Assembly (NCBI GenBank): GCA_044229245.1 | Contig: JBGATI010000017.1 | Location: 16,830 to 80,829 of the forward strand | Length of the DNA stretch: 64,000 nt | Direction: 5' to 3' | Source of the DNA: Gemmatimonadales bacterium | GTDB taxonomy: Bacteria; Gemmatimonadota; Gemmatimonadetes; Gemmatimonadales; GWC2-71-9 | Shown: positions 36,274 through 47,468 of the stretch, one piece after another | How positions within the stretch are numbered: position 1 is the first letter of the stretch | How the letters are laid out: each line of letters starts with the position of its first letter | Notes under the pieces: model-generated | Seen by the model: the letters and a program-made list of their open reading frames with translations, nothing else | Database searches by the model: none | Told to the model about the DNA's origin: nothing | Made by a program: the position numbers and the translations under genes

Positions 36274-37163
36274 CGCCGGGCGGAACGCGGGCCGAGTCGC
36301 GGGCGGGCTGGGCCTTCGTCACGCCCGCCCTGCTCCTGATCGGCGTCTTCTTCGCGATTCCGGTCTGCGGCGCCTTTCTGCTCTCATTCACCGACTTCGA
36401 TCTCTACTCGATCGGTGATCTCGGCAGCACCCGGTTCGTCGGATTCAAGAACTACCACGACCTGCTCTCCACGCCGCTCTTCTGGACCGCACTCCGGAAC
36501 ACGACCTACTTCGTGGTCGTCGGCGGCCCGCTCTCGGCCGCCGCCTCGCTCGCCGCCGCGGTCCTCGTCAATGCGAAGATGCTGCGGCTCAAGCCGCTCT
36601 TCCGGAGCGCCTTCTTCGCGCCGTGGGTGACGACGCTGGTCGCCGTGGCGATCGTCTGGCGCTACATCTACCACCCGCAGTACGGGCTGGTAAACGCGGG
36701 ACTCTCGCACCTCGGCATCGGCCCGATCGACTGGCTCGGCAACCCGCACTGGGCGATGCCGGCGATCATCCTGCTCTCCATCTGGAAGAACTTCGGCTAC
36801 AACATGCTGGTCTTCCTCGCGGGGCTGCAGGCGATCCCCGAGGAGCTGTACGAGGCGGCCTCGCTCGACGGTGCCGGGGCGTGGCACCGGTTCCGGCACA
36901 TCACCCTCCCGATGCTGGGCCCGACCTTCGTCTTCGTCGGCGTGGTGACGATGATCGCCTCGTTCCAGATCTTCAGCGAACCCTACGTGATGACGCAGGG
37001 TGGCCCGCTCAAGGCCACCGAGACGCTGGTGCTCTTCATGTACGAGGAGGGGTTCCGCTGGTGGCGGCTGGGATTCTCGGCGGCGATCGCGGTGGTGCTC
37101 TTCATCCTGACGCTGATCGGCACGCTGCTGCAGCTCCGGCTCCGGAAGGCGACGGAGCCATGA
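36270..37163 (+). CDS. ABC sugar transporter permease (MalF/LacF type)
   Basis: GTGA overlap with the SBP gene. EAA-loop region EEALYEAASLDGAGAWHRFRHITLP. Confidence 0.85.
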   Translation: MTPGGTRAESRAGWAFVTPALLLIGVFFAIPVCGAFLLSFTDFDLYSIGDLGSTRFVGFKNYHDLLSTPLFWTALRNTTYFVVVGGPLSAAASLAAAVLVNAKMLRLKPLFRSAFFAPWVTTLVAVAIVWRYIYHPQYGLVNAGLSHLGIGPIDWLGNPHWAMPAIILLSIWKNFGYNMLVFLAGLQAIPEELYEAASLDGAGAWHRFRHITLPMLGPTFVFVGVVTMIASFQIFSEPYVMTQGGPLKATETLVLFMYEEGFRWWRLGFSAAIAVVLFILTLIGTLLQLRLRKATEP

Positions 37164-37981
37164 AGCGCCGGCTGCAGTCGATCGGGCTTCACGCCCTGCT
37201 CGCCGTCGCGGCACTGCTCGCGGCCGCCCCGCTCCTGTGGATGATCTCCGCGTCGTTCATGCGCCCCGGGGAGGCCAACAGCTCGCCGCCACCGCTCCTC
37301 CCGAGACATCCGACGCTCGAGCACTACCGGGCGCTGTTCACGACCCTGAGCCTGGGCCGGTACTTCCTCAACAGTCTCTTCATCGCCGTCGGCGGGACCC
37401 TCCTGGCCATCGTGATCACGGGAATGGCCGGCTACGCCTTTGCGAAACTGCGCTTTCGGGGCCGAGAGCCGGTCTTCCGGGGGCTGCTTGCGGGGATGGT
37501 GATCCCGGGACAGGTGGCGATGCTGCCGATGTTCATCCTGCTCCGGGAGATGGGCCTCATCAACACCCTGTTCGGCGCGATGGTGCCGGTGCTCGCACCG
37601 ATCTACGGCATCTTCCTGGTGCGGCAGTACGCCCTCTCGATCCCGGACGACCTGCTCGACGCGGCCCGTCTCGATGGGGCGAGCGAGTTCCGCATCTTCC
37701 GCTCGATCGTCTTCCCCTCGCTCGCGCCCGTGCTCGCGACGCTCGGGGTCTTCACCTTTCTCAGCGCGTGGAACGACTTCATGTGGCCGCTCATCGTGCT
37801 GAGCGATGACGCCCACTACACCCTGCCGGTCGCGCTGGCCAATCTCGCGGGGGAGCATGTGCAGGATGTCGAGCTGATGATGGGGGGCGCGGTCGTGACG
37901 GTGCTCCCGGTCTTTCTCGCGTTCCTCTTCCTGCAGCGCTACTACATCCAGGGCATCATGGCCGGGAGCGTGAAGGGATGA
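37160..37981 (+). CDS. ABC sugar transporter permease (MalG/LacG type)
   Basis: ATGA overlap with the upstream permease. DDLLDAARLDGASEFRIFRSIVFP. Confidence 0.85.
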   Translation: MKRRLQSIGLHALLAVAALLAAAPLLWMISASFMRPGEANSSPPPLLPRHPTLEHYRALFTTLSLGRYFLNSLFIAVGGTLLAIVITGMAGYAFAKLRFRGREPVFRGLLAGMVIPGQVAMLPMFILLREMGLINTLFGAMVPVLAPIYGIFLVRQYALSIPDDLLDAARLDGASEFRIFRSIVFPSLAPVLATLGVFTFLSAWNDFMWPLIVLSDDAHYTLPVALANLAGEHVQDVELMMGGAVVTVLPVFLAFLFLQRYYIQGIMAGSVKG

Positions 37982-40900
37982 TCGCGTCGCTCCTTCTGGT
38001 CTCGCTGCTGGCGCGTGCGCAGGGCGACACGCTGGCGCCCCGGCTGCTCGACGGATTCGAGCAACCCGGCGCCTGGAGCGCCCATCCCGCTGATGGCGTC
38101 AGTGCCACGCTACAGGGGGATCGCGGGCGAACCGGCCGGGCGCTCCGGATGGATTTCGATTTCAATGGTGGTGGGGGGTACGCGATCGCACGACGCACCC
38201 TGCCGATCGCGCTTCCCGCCAACTACGCCTTCTCGTTCTGGATGCGGGGCACCTCGGCACCGAACACGCTCGAGTTCAAACTGATCGACGCCTCCGGCGA
38301 GAATGTCTGGTGGTACTCGGAACGCGACCGGACCTTCGATGGCCAGTGGCAGAAGGTGACGATTCGCCGCCGCCAGATCAGCTTCGCCTGGGGGCCACTG
38401 GGCGGTGGGGAGCTCCGTCAGGCGGCTTCGCTGGAACTGGTCATCACCGCCGGCAAGGGCGGCGGGCGCGGGAGTGTCTGGTTCGACGAGCTGACGCTGA
38501 CGCCGCTCCCCGACCTCGGTCCGTACGATCGTACGCCGATCGTGAGCGCGACCGCGAACCTCGCCCTGCATCCCGCGGCGGGGGCCATGGACGGCGACAC
38601 CCTCACCGCCTGGCGCAGCGGCACGGCGCCGGCCTCGCTCACGGTGGACTTCCAGCGTCCGCGGGAATTCGGCGGCCTCACGCTCTCCTGGGAACCAGAC
38701 CGCGCCGCGCGGGACTACGACGTCCTGCTCTCCGACGACCGGCGCGAGTGGCGTGTAGTGCGCCGAGTGCGCGGCTCGGACGGCGGGCGGGATGACCTCG
38801 ACCTGCCCGACAGCGAGTCGCGCTACCTCAGGGTCAGGCTCCTCTCCCCTGCCGGCAAGGCGGGATTCGGTCTGGCGGAACTCACCGTCCAGCCGCTCGC
38901 ATTCGGTGCCTCACGGAATGCCTTCTTCACGGCAATCGCGAGGGATGCACTCCCGGGCAGTCTCCCGCGCTACTACAGCGGTGTCCGTTCCTACTGGACC
39001 GTCGTGGGGGTGGATGCCGCTCCGGAAGAGGCGCTGATCAACGAGGACGGGGCCGTGGAGGCCGGCAAGGGGGACTTCTCGATCGAGCCGTTCCTCTACG
39101 ATGGCGGCCTGATCGGCTGGCACAACGTCTCGCGCCACGTATCGCTCGAGGATGGCGTGCTCCCCATGCCGACCGTGGCCTGGACCGCCGGCGATCTCAC
39201 GCTCCGGATCACCGCCTTTGCGATCGGTCCGGCGTCGGCCTCCTCGGTGATCGTACGCTATCGCGTCGCGAATACGGGCCGCGTGACGCGCAAACCGATC
39301 CTCTATCTTGCCGCCCGTCCCTTCCAGGTGAATCCCCCCTGGCAGTTCCTCAACACCCAGGGCGGAGCCGCCCGCATCGATTCGCTGCGCTGGAATGGCA
39401 AGGCGCTCGTGGTGAACGGCAGCCGGCGGGTGATCCCCTTCGCGCCCCCGCGGCGGATCGGGGCGACAAGCTTCGATGGGGGAGAGATTGTCGGCCACCT
39501 GCGAACCGGACGCCTGCCACTTGCTACCGCGGCGCGCGATCCCTCTGGCGCCGCCTCCGCGGCGCTCGGTTGGCCGCTCAGCATCCCGGCGGGCGATTCC
39601 GCCGAAGTGGCGATCGAGATCCCGCTGCGACCCCGCAGCGGGGCGAATCTGGCCCCTGCCCGCACCGCACTGGTCGCGGAGGCGATGGCAGAGGTCGCCG
39701 GCGACTGGCATGAGAAGCTCGACCACACCGACATCACGCTCCCCGAGTCGGGGGCGCATCTCGCCCGCACCATCAAGAGCACCCTCGCCTGGATCCTGGT
39801 GAACCGGGATGGGGCGGCGATCCAGCCAGGGTCGCGCTCCTACGAACGCTCCTGGATCCGCGACGGCTCGCTCACCTCCACCGCGCTGCTCCGCTTCGGC
39901 CACGCCGAGGAGGTGCGCGACTTCATCACCTGGTTCGCGCCGTACCAGTACACAAGCGGGAAGGTGCCCTGCTGCGTCGACGCGCGCGGCGCCGATCCAG
40001 TTCCGGAGCACGACAGTCACGGCGAGTTCATCTACCTGGTGATGGAGTACTACCGCCAGACCGGCGACCGGCCGCTGCTCGAACAGATGTGGCCGCACGT
40101 GCAGCTCGCGGCGGCCTATATCGACTCGCTCCGCCAGACTCGGCTCACGCCGGAGTACCAGGGCGGCGAGAAGCGCGACTTCCTGGGCCTCTTGCCGCCC
40201 TCGATCAGCCACGAGGGCTACTCGGCCAAACCGATGCATTCCTACTGGGACGACTTCTTCGCGCTGCGCGGGCTCAAGGATGCGGCGGAGATGGCGGCCA
40301 TCCTGGGCCATACCGGAGAAGCGAAGCGGCTCGCGGATCTCCGCGACGCCTTGCGGCACGACATCCTCGCGTCCCTCGACGCGGTCATGTCGCGCCATCA
40401 TATCGACTACATCCCGGGTGCCGCCGATCTCGGCGACTTCGACGCCACCTCGACCACCATCGCGGTCGCCCCGGTCGGGGAAGAGGCGACGCTGCCCCGG
40501 GCCGCCCTGCGTGAGACCTTCGAGCGCTACTGGCGGAACACGCAGCAGCGGCTCGAGCCGTCGGCGGAGTGGGACGCCTATACGCCCTACGAGCTCCGCA
40601 CGGTCGGCACGATGCTCCGGCTCGGCTGGAAGGATCGCGCGCTCCGGCTGATGGACATGTTCCTGGCCGACCAGGAGCCGCCGGAGTGGAACCAGTGGCC
40701 CGAAGTCGTCTGGCACGACCGGCGGGCGGCGAAGTTCATCGGGGACTCGCCGCACACCTGGGTGGGCTCCGACTTCCTGCGCTCTGCCGCGGACCTCTTC
40801 GCGTACGAGCGAGAGGAAGACAGCACCCTCGTGGTGGGCGCGGGCGTGAACGATGCCTGGCTCGACGGACCCGGCGTCGGGGTCCGTGCGCTGCACACCT

Positions 40901-41118
40901 GGTGGGGACCGCTGAGTTACACCATGCGGCGCGACGAGGGGACCGTACGGGTGCAGCTCGCCGAGGGCGTCCACGTCCCGGCTGGCGGCGTGCGGGTATC
41001 TTCCCCCGCGCTCGCGCCCGTGCGGCGCGCGACCCTGAATGGCGCCCCGGCGGAGCTCGACCCCGAGGGCCGGGTCGTCGTGCGGAGTCTGCCGGCGGAG
41101 ATCGCGTTCGATTATTGA
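37978..41118 (+). CDS. Secreted 1046-aa protein: CBM-like jelly roll + F5/8-type-C (discoidin) domain + C-terminal GH15-like (alpha/alpha)6-type region; activity unknown
   Basis: ATGA overlap with the permease gene. Signal peptide MIASLLLVSLLARAQG. The discoidin-like stretch includes AMDGDTLTAWRS...YLRVRLL. The C-terminal half has YERSWIRDGS, which resembles the Y-x-x-x-W-x-RD motif of GH15-type barrels. Confidence 0.75.
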   Translation: MIASLLLVSLLARAQGDTLAPRLLDGFEQPGAWSAHPADGVSATLQGDRGRTGRALRMDFDFNGGGGYAIARRTLPIALPANYAFSFWMRGTSAPNTLEFKLIDASGENVWWYSERDRTFDGQWQKVTIRRRQISFAWGPLGGGELRQAASLELVITAGKGGGRGSVWFDELTLTPLPDLGPYDRTPIVSATANLALHPAAGAMDGDTLTAWRSGTAPASLTVDFQRPREFGGLTLSWEPDRAARDYDVLLSDDRREWRVVRRVRGSDGGRDDLDLPDSESRYLRVRLLSPAGKAGFGLAELTVQPLAFGASRNAFFTAIARDALPGSLPRYYSGVRSYWTVVGVDAAPEEALINEDGAVEAGKGDFSIEPFLYDGGLIGWHNVSRHVSLEDGVLPMPTVAWTAGDLTLRITAFAIGPASASSVIVRYRVANTGRVTRKPILYLAARPFQVNPPWQFLNTQGGAARIDSLRWNGKALVVNGSRRVIPFAPPRRIGATSFDGGEIVGHLRTGRLPLATAARDPSGAASAALGWPLSIPAGDSAEVAIEIPLRPRSGANLAPARTALVAEAMAEVAGDWHEKLDHTDITLPESGAHLARTIKSTLAWILVNRDGAAIQPGSRSYERSWIRDGSLTSTALLRFGHAEEVRDFITWFAPYQYTSGKVPCCVDARGADPVPEHDSHGEFIYLVMEYYRQTGDRPLLEQMWPHVQLAAAYIDSLRQTRLTPEYQGGEKRDFLGLLPPSISHEGYSAKPMHSYWDDFFALRGLKDAAEMAAILGHTGEAKRLADLRDALRHDILASLDAVMSRHHIDYIPGAADLGDFDATSTTIAVAPVGEEATLPRAALRETFERYWRNTQQRLEPSAEWDAYTPYELRTVGTMLRLGWKDRALRLMDMFLADQEPPEWNQWPEVVWHDRRAAKFIGDSPHTWVGSDFLRSAADLFAYEREEDSTLVVGAGVNDAWLDGPGVGVRALHTWWGPLSYTMRRDEGTVRVQLAEGVHVPAGGVRVSSPALAPVRRATLNGAPAELDPEGRVVVRSLPAEIAFDY

Positions 41119-41162
41119 CGGGCGCGAGCGCCCGTCGTTCTGCCTCTGGAGGAACTGCTCTC

Positions 41163-44100
41163 GTGGGACCGTACGCGCAGCTTCTGTCGAATGGCCGTTA
41201 CCGGGTCTTGCTGACCGGTGCGGGTGCCGGTTCGTCGTCCCTCGACGCCCTCGCGCTCACCCGCTGGTCGGGCGACCGCACCCGGGATGCCGATGGGTTC
41301 TTCCTTTATATCCGTGATCTCGACCGGGGTCACCTCTGGGGCGCGGGACGGCAGCCGGTCGAGCGCGCCCCCGATCGCTATCGGACCCGCTCGGGTCCGG
41401 GACGGGCCGAGATCGTGCGCGAGGATGACGGGATCGTCACGACACTCGATGTCTGCGTGGACCCCGATGCCGACGCCGAGATTCGCCTCCTCGCGCTGAC
41501 CAACCGGAGCAGGAAGCCGCGCCGTCTCGACGTCACCAGCTACGCCGAGGTGGCCCTGAACGCGCCGGCAGCCGACGCCGCGCACCCTGCGTTCTCCAAG
41601 CTGTTCGTGCAGACCGAGTTCCTCGAGCGCCACGAGGCGCTGCTCGCACGACGCCGCCCACGGAGTCCCGACGAGCAGCCGGTGTACATGGGCCACCGCC
41701 TCCTCGTCGATCGCGCGACAGAGGACGATACGCCCGCAATCGAGACCGACCGGGCCCGGTTCATCGGGCGGGGCCGGACGCTCGGCCGACCCGCGGCGCT
41801 CGACGCGGGCGCCACGCTCTCGGGGACGACCGGCAACGTGCTCGATCCCGTCCTCGTGATGCGGAGAACGGTGGAGCTCGCCGCGGGCGAGAGCGTGCGG
41901 CTGATCGCGATCCTCACCGCCGGCCTCGACCGGGACAAGGTCGTCGCCTGCCTGACAGCGGGGTATGCAGCCCGGACGACGGAGATCTTCCGCGCCGCGC
42001 AGCAGCGGGACCTGGCGCGCCTCAAGCAGGCCGGCGTTCCGCGGGACTGGCGCGAACGGCTCCCGCTCCTCACCGGCGCGCTGGCGTATGGCGCTCCCCT
42101 CTCGAGTCCCGGCGCCGAGCTTCCCGAGCCAAGCACCCTGGTGACGGGGGATGCGCGGGCACTCGGGCTGGCCGGCGGCGTGCCGCTCGTCGTCGCGCGC
42201 GTGGGCGCGCCACCCACCGCGCACGCGGTGCTGCAGCTCGCGCGGGTCGCGAGCTACTGGCGGAGCGCCGGATTCCCGGTGGACCTGCTGGTCGTGGATG
42301 ACCTCGACAGCGAAGAACTTCGCGCCGGGCTTCCCGCCACGCTGATCGCGGGACGCACCGTCGTGCGGCGGAGTTCCGAGATTCCCGCGGAGCTGCTCGA
42401 GCTGGTGGACCGCGCCGCCCGATTCACGATGCTCGGCACGCCGCCGGAAGTGCGCAACTACGTCGGCGAGGTTCCGGCGGCGAAGTTCCACCCGGTGCAC
42501 GACGAGCGTGGCGACACGCCGCTCGAGAAGACGGAAACGCTGCAGTTCGACAACGGCTTCGGCGGATTCTCGCCCGATGGCACCGAATACGTGATTCGCC
42601 TTCCCCGGGAGCGGGGCGAGCTGCGCCGCCCGCCGCTGGCGTGGAGCAACGTGATCGCCAACGAGGAGCTCGGTTTCCTCACGACGGACGGCGGCGGGGG
42701 ATACACCTGGAGCGTCAACAGCCGGGAGAACCGGCTCACTCCCTGGTCCAACGATCCGATCACCGATCCGCCCGGCGAAGCGATCTATCTCCGCGATGAG
42801 GACTCGGGGCTCTTCTGGTCGCCGCTCCCCGGCCCGGTGCCGGGCGCTGGCGGCTACGAGGTGCGTCACGGCTTCGGCTACACCCGCACCCGGCATGAGA
42901 GCCAGCAACTCGGCCAGGAAGTCGTCGCCTTCGTGCCCCGGCACGATGGGGTGAAGCTGGTACGCGTCCAGGTCACCAACCGGAGCGCGCGGGCACGACG
43001 GCTCTCCGCCTTTGCCTACTGCGAGTGGGTGCTCGGTGTCGTGCCAGGCGATACGACCAGGTTCGTGACGACCGAGCACGATCAGGCCACCGCGGCCATC
43101 CTCGCCGTGAACCCGCACAACGTCGAGTTCAGCAGCCGCGTTGCCTTTGCCGCGCTGGTGGGACCGGACGGGTCGGTGGCGACCGAGTCGAGCGCGGACC
43201 GGCGGACCTTCCTCGGCCAGCTCGGAAGCACCGCGCGGCCCGCGGCGATCGTCAGCGGCGAGCCGCTCGACGGGCGCGCGGGAGCGGGACTCGATCCGTG
43301 CGCCGCCTTCCGCGTGCCGCTCACTCTCGCCCCCGGCGAAACGGCGGAGTTCCTCTTCCTTCTCGGTGAGGCATCGAACCGGGAGGCCGCGCGCATCGTC
43401 ATCCGCCGCTACCAGAGCAGCGCGACCACGACCGCGGCGCTCGACGGCATCGTCGCCTTCTGGCGCGAGACGCTGGGGCGAATCCAGGTGCAGACCCCGT
43501 CCCCGGCCATCGACCTGATGGTCAATGGCTGGCTGGCGTATCAGAATCTCAGCTGCCGCATGTGGGGCCGCTCGGCGTTCTACCAGTCCGGCGGCGCCTT
43601 CGGCTTCCGGGACCAGTTGCAGGACGCCGCGGCCCTCATCTATCTCGACCCCGACATCACCCGGCAGCAGATCCTGCTGCACGCGGCGCATCAGTTTGTC
43701 GAGGGCGATGTGCTGCACTGGTGGCATCCGCCGCTCAGCAAGGGCATCCGCACCCGCTTCGCCGACGACCTGCTCTGGCTGCCGTACATCACCGCAGGGT
43801 ACATCCGTCACACCGGCGATTTCGCGATCCTCGGCGAACCGGCACGCTTCCTCACCGCGCACCAGCTCCCCCCGGGAGAGGACGAGGTGTTCCTCATCCC
43901 GAAGGATTCGGGCCAGTCGGCGGATCTCTACGAGCACTGCTGCCGCGTGCTCGATCGCTCGCTCACGAAGGGCGTGCATGGCCTGCCGCTCATGGGGACC
44001 GGCGACTGGAATGATGGGATGAACCGGGTCGGGCGGGAGGGCCGTGGCGAGAGCGTGTGGCTCGGTTTCTTCCTGTACCACATCCTCGACGGCTTCCTGC

Positions 44101-45017
44101 CGCTCTGCGACCTCCGGGAAGACAGCACCCGCGCGGCGCGCTATCGCAGCTGGCAGCGGGAGCTCGGCACGGCGCTCAACGCGGGCGGCTGGGACGGCGA
44201 GTGGTATCGCCGCGCCTACTACGACAATGGCGCGCCGCTCGGCTCGAAGCAGAGCGATGAGTGCCGCATCGATGCGATCGCCCAGGCCTGGGCCATTCTC
44301 TCCGGCGCCGCGCCCGCGGAGCGGGCCACCCAGGCGCTCGACGCGCTGGAGCAGCACCTGGTGAGCGAGGAGGACGGCATCATCCGGCTGCTCACTCCGG
44401 CGTTCGACAAGACCCCGAACGATCCCGGGTACATCAAGGGCTATCTGCCGGGCGTGCGGGAGAACGGCGGCCAGTACACCCATGGCGCCCTCTGGGCGGT
44501 GCGGGCGCTGGCGGAGGCGGGACGTGGTGAGCGGGCGGCGGCGCTGCTCGAGATGCTGAGCCCGGTGAGCCACGGGCGCACCCAGGCGGAGGTCGGGCGT
44601 TACCAGGTCGAGCCCTATGTCGTCGCCGCCGATGTCTACGGTGTCGAGCCGCATCTCGGCCGCGGCGGATGGACCTGGTACACCGGATCCGCGGGCTGGA
44701 TGTTCCGCGTCGCCCTGGAATCGATTCTTGGGGTCACCGTGACCGGCGGCGAGGCACTGCTGCTTTCGCCCTGCATTCCGAAGGCGTGGCCGGGCTACAG
44801 CGTGCGCTACCGGATGCCGAACGACACCACGAGCTACGAGATCACGGTGACCCGTAGCCGCGCAGAGCACACCGTCGCAACGCACGACGGCGCACCGCTC
44901 GCAATCGAAGGGCGCGCCGTCGTTGTCCCGCTCATCCGGGATGGGCAGAAGCACCTGGTGGAGGTCAGGCTCGGGCCCGACGTCGGCCCGGTCTACACCC
45001 CACGACGCCTAGAGTAA
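41163..45017 (+). CDS. GH94-family glycoside phosphorylase, NdvB/Cgs C-terminal type (predicted 1,2-beta-oligoglucan phosphorylase)
   Basis: GGAGGA lies 9 nt before the GTG at 41163. LLSNGRYRVLLTGAGAGSS, TRWSGDRTRDADGFFLYIRD and the later GDWNDGMN and WYTGSAGWM are GH94 signatures. No signal peptide. Confidence 0.8.
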   Translation: MGPYAQLLSNGRYRVLLTGAGAGSSSLDALALTRWSGDRTRDADGFFLYIRDLDRGHLWGAGRQPVERAPDRYRTRSGPGRAEIVREDDGIVTTLDVCVDPDADAEIRLLALTNRSRKPRRLDVTSYAEVALNAPAADAAHPAFSKLFVQTEFLERHEALLARRRPRSPDEQPVYMGHRLLVDRATEDDTPAIETDRARFIGRGRTLGRPAALDAGATLSGTTGNVLDPVLVMRRTVELAAGESVRLIAILTAGLDRDKVVACLTAGYAARTTEIFRAAQQRDLARLKQAGVPRDWRERLPLLTGALAYGAPLSSPGAELPEPSTLVTGDARALGLAGGVPLVVARVGAPPTAHAVLQLARVASYWRSAGFPVDLLVVDDLDSEELRAGLPATLIAGRTVVRRSSEIPAELLELVDRAARFTMLGTPPEVRNYVGEVPAAKFHPVHDERGDTPLEKTETLQFDNGFGGFSPDGTEYVIRLPRERGELRRPPLAWSNVIANEELGFLTTDGGGGYTWSVNSRENRLTPWSNDPITDPPGEAIYLRDEDSGLFWSPLPGPVPGAGGYEVRHGFGYTRTRHESQQLGQEVVAFVPRHDGVKLVRVQVTNRSARARRLSAFAYCEWVLGVVPGDTTRFVTTEHDQATAAILAVNPHNVEFSSRVAFAALVGPDGSVATESSADRRTFLGQLGSTARPAAIVSGEPLDGRAGAGLDPCAAFRVPLTLAPGETAEFLFLLGEASNREAARIVIRRYQSSATTTAALDGIVAFWRETLGRIQVQTPSPAIDLMVNGWLAYQNLSCRMWGRSAFYQSGGAFGFRDQLQDAAALIYLDPDITRQQILLHAAHQFVEGDVLHWWHPPLSKGIRTRFADDLLWLPYITAGYIRHTGDFAILGEPARFLTAHQLPPGEDEVFLIPKDSGQSADLYEHCCRVLDRSLTKGVHGLPLMGTGDWNDGMNRVGREGRGESVWLGFFLYHILDGFLPLCDLREDSTRAARYRSWQRELGTALNAGGWDGEWYRRAYYDNGAPLGSKQSDECRIDAIAQAWAILSGAAPAERATQALDALEQHLVSEEDGIIRLLTPAFDKTPNDPGYIKGYLPGVRENGGQYTHGALWAVRALAEAGRGERAAALLEMLSPVSHGRTQAEVGRYQVEPYVVAADVYGVEPHLGRGGWTWYTGSAGWMFRVALESILGVTVTGGEALLLSPCIPKAWPGYSVRYRMPNDTTSYEITVTRSRAEHTVATHDGAPLAIEGRAVVVPLIRDGQKHLVEVRLGPDVGPVYTPRRLE

Positions 45018-46358
45018 CGAGGCGCCGTTGGTCCGAATGACCTCGGCGTAGAGCTCGGCGCTCGCCTTCCGGGTCCGTTTCTGGGTGGCGTAGTCCACGT
45101 GATAGAGCCCGAACCGCTTCGAGAAGCCATGGCTCCACTCGAAGTTGTCGAGCAGCGACCAGGCGAAGTAGCCGCGCAGGTCGACACCGGCCGCGATGGC
45201 ACGATGCGCGGCCCGCAGATGTTCGCGGTAGTAGTCGGTGCGGAGCGGGTCGGAGAGCACCGGACCATCGGCGCTCGGCGGATCGGGAAAGGCGGCCCCG
45301 TTCTCCGTGATGTACAGCGGCACCGGGCCGTAGCGCTGGTGGACCCAGAGGAGCACGTCGGTCAGCGCCTGGGGATAGACCTCCCAGTCGGTGGCGGTGT
45401 AGATGTGCTGCGGCTGGCGGACCCGGCCCGCGCGCACCGGCAGTTCGGCGGGGGCATCGCAGGTGACGGCGCGGGTGTAGTAGTTGATGCCGAGGAAGTC
45501 GAGCGGCTGGCGGATGAGGGCGAAATCCTCCTCGGGGAATTCGGGCCAGTCGGCGCCGTAGATCTCGCGCAGTTCGTCGGGATAGCTCCCGAAGAAGACC
45601 GGATCGAGATACTGCCGGTTCATGTACGCATCGGCGCGCCGGGTCGCGGCGAGGTCCTCGGGGCGATCGGTCGCCGGGTACTTCGGCTCGAGATTCACCA
45701 CGAGGCCGGGATTCCGGCCCCCTTCGGCCCGGATCGCCTGCATGCCCATCCCGTGCGCGCGGAGCAGGTTGTGGCTCGCAATCGGGGTCTCGGCGACGCT
45801 CTTGTGGCCCGGCGCGAGCGTCCCGAAGAGGTAGCCGCCGTCGGTGACGACCCAGGGCTCGTTGAGCGTCGCCCACATCGCGGCGCGGTCGCCCAGGGCG
45901 CGGACCATCACGGTGGCGTAGTCGGCGAACCAGCCGGCGATGTCGCGGTTGAGCCAGCCCCCCTCGTCGTCGAGGGCCGCCGGCAGGTCCCAGTGGTAGA
46001 GCGTGATGTTGGGCTGGATCCCGTGCTTCACCAGGGTGTCGGTGAGCCGGTCGTAGAAGGCGAGTCCCTTCGGATTCACGGGACCGCGGCCGGAGGGCAT
46101 GACCCGGCCCCAGGAGATGCTGTAGCGGTAGCTGGCGAGACCGAGGTCGCGCATCAGCCGGACATCGTCCTCGAAGCGGCGATAGTGGTCGCAGGCCACG
46201 TCCCCGGTGTCGTCGTCGGTCACCATGCCGGGCGTGTGGGAGAAGCGGTGCCAGATGCTCGCGCCGGCGCCATCGGCCAGCGGTGAGCCTTCGATCTGGT
46301 AGGCGGATGTGGCGGCACCCCAGAGGAAGCCGTGGGGAAAGTGATTCGATTCAGACAT
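45009..46358 (-). CDS. GH1 beta-glucosidase
   Basis: FPHGFLWGAATSAYQIEG, TLNEPW and ITENGAA (the two catalytic Glu motifs). The start is the ATG at 46358. Confidence 0.9.
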   Translation of the reverse strand: MSESNHFPHGFLWGAATSAYQIEGSPLADGAGASIWHRFSHTPGMVTDDDTGDVACDHYRRFEDDVRLMRDLGLASYRYSISWGRVMPSGRGPVNPKGLAFYDRLTDTLVKHGIQPNITLYHWDLPAALDDEGGWLNRDIAGWFADYATVMVRALGDRAAMWATLNEPWVVTDGGYLFGTLAPGHKSVAETPIASHNLLRAHGMGMQAIRAEGGRNPGLVVNLEPKYPATDRPEDLAATRRADAYMNRQYLDPVFFGSYPDELREIYGADWPEFPEEDFALIRQPLDFLGINYYTRAVTCDAPAELPVRAGRVRQPQHIYTATDWEVYPQALTDVLLWVHQRYGPVPLYITENGAAFPDPPSADGPVLSDPLRTDYYREHLRAAHRAIAAGVDLRGYFAWSLLDNFEWSHGFSKRFGLYHVDYATQKRTRKASAELYAEVIRTNGASLL

Positions 46359-46375
46359 TCTCAGAAGGCATGCCG

Positions 46376-47443
<1,068 letters not shown>

Positions 47444-47468
47444 CGCTCCCCGGGCACTGAGGCCCGAG

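Noticed and set aside
40569-41162. N-terminal 198-codon extension of the GH94 ORF
   Set aside because: It overlaps the well-supported 1046-aa gene in another frame. A GGAGGA plus GTG at 41163 lies just after that gene's stop, and GH94 homology begins there.
41112-44954. 1280-aa ORF on the minus strand
   Set aside because: It is entirely antisense to the GH94 gene, whose frame carries clear family motifs. Its translation is Arg/Ala/Gly/Pro-rich low-complexity sequence, typical of high-GC shadow ORFs.
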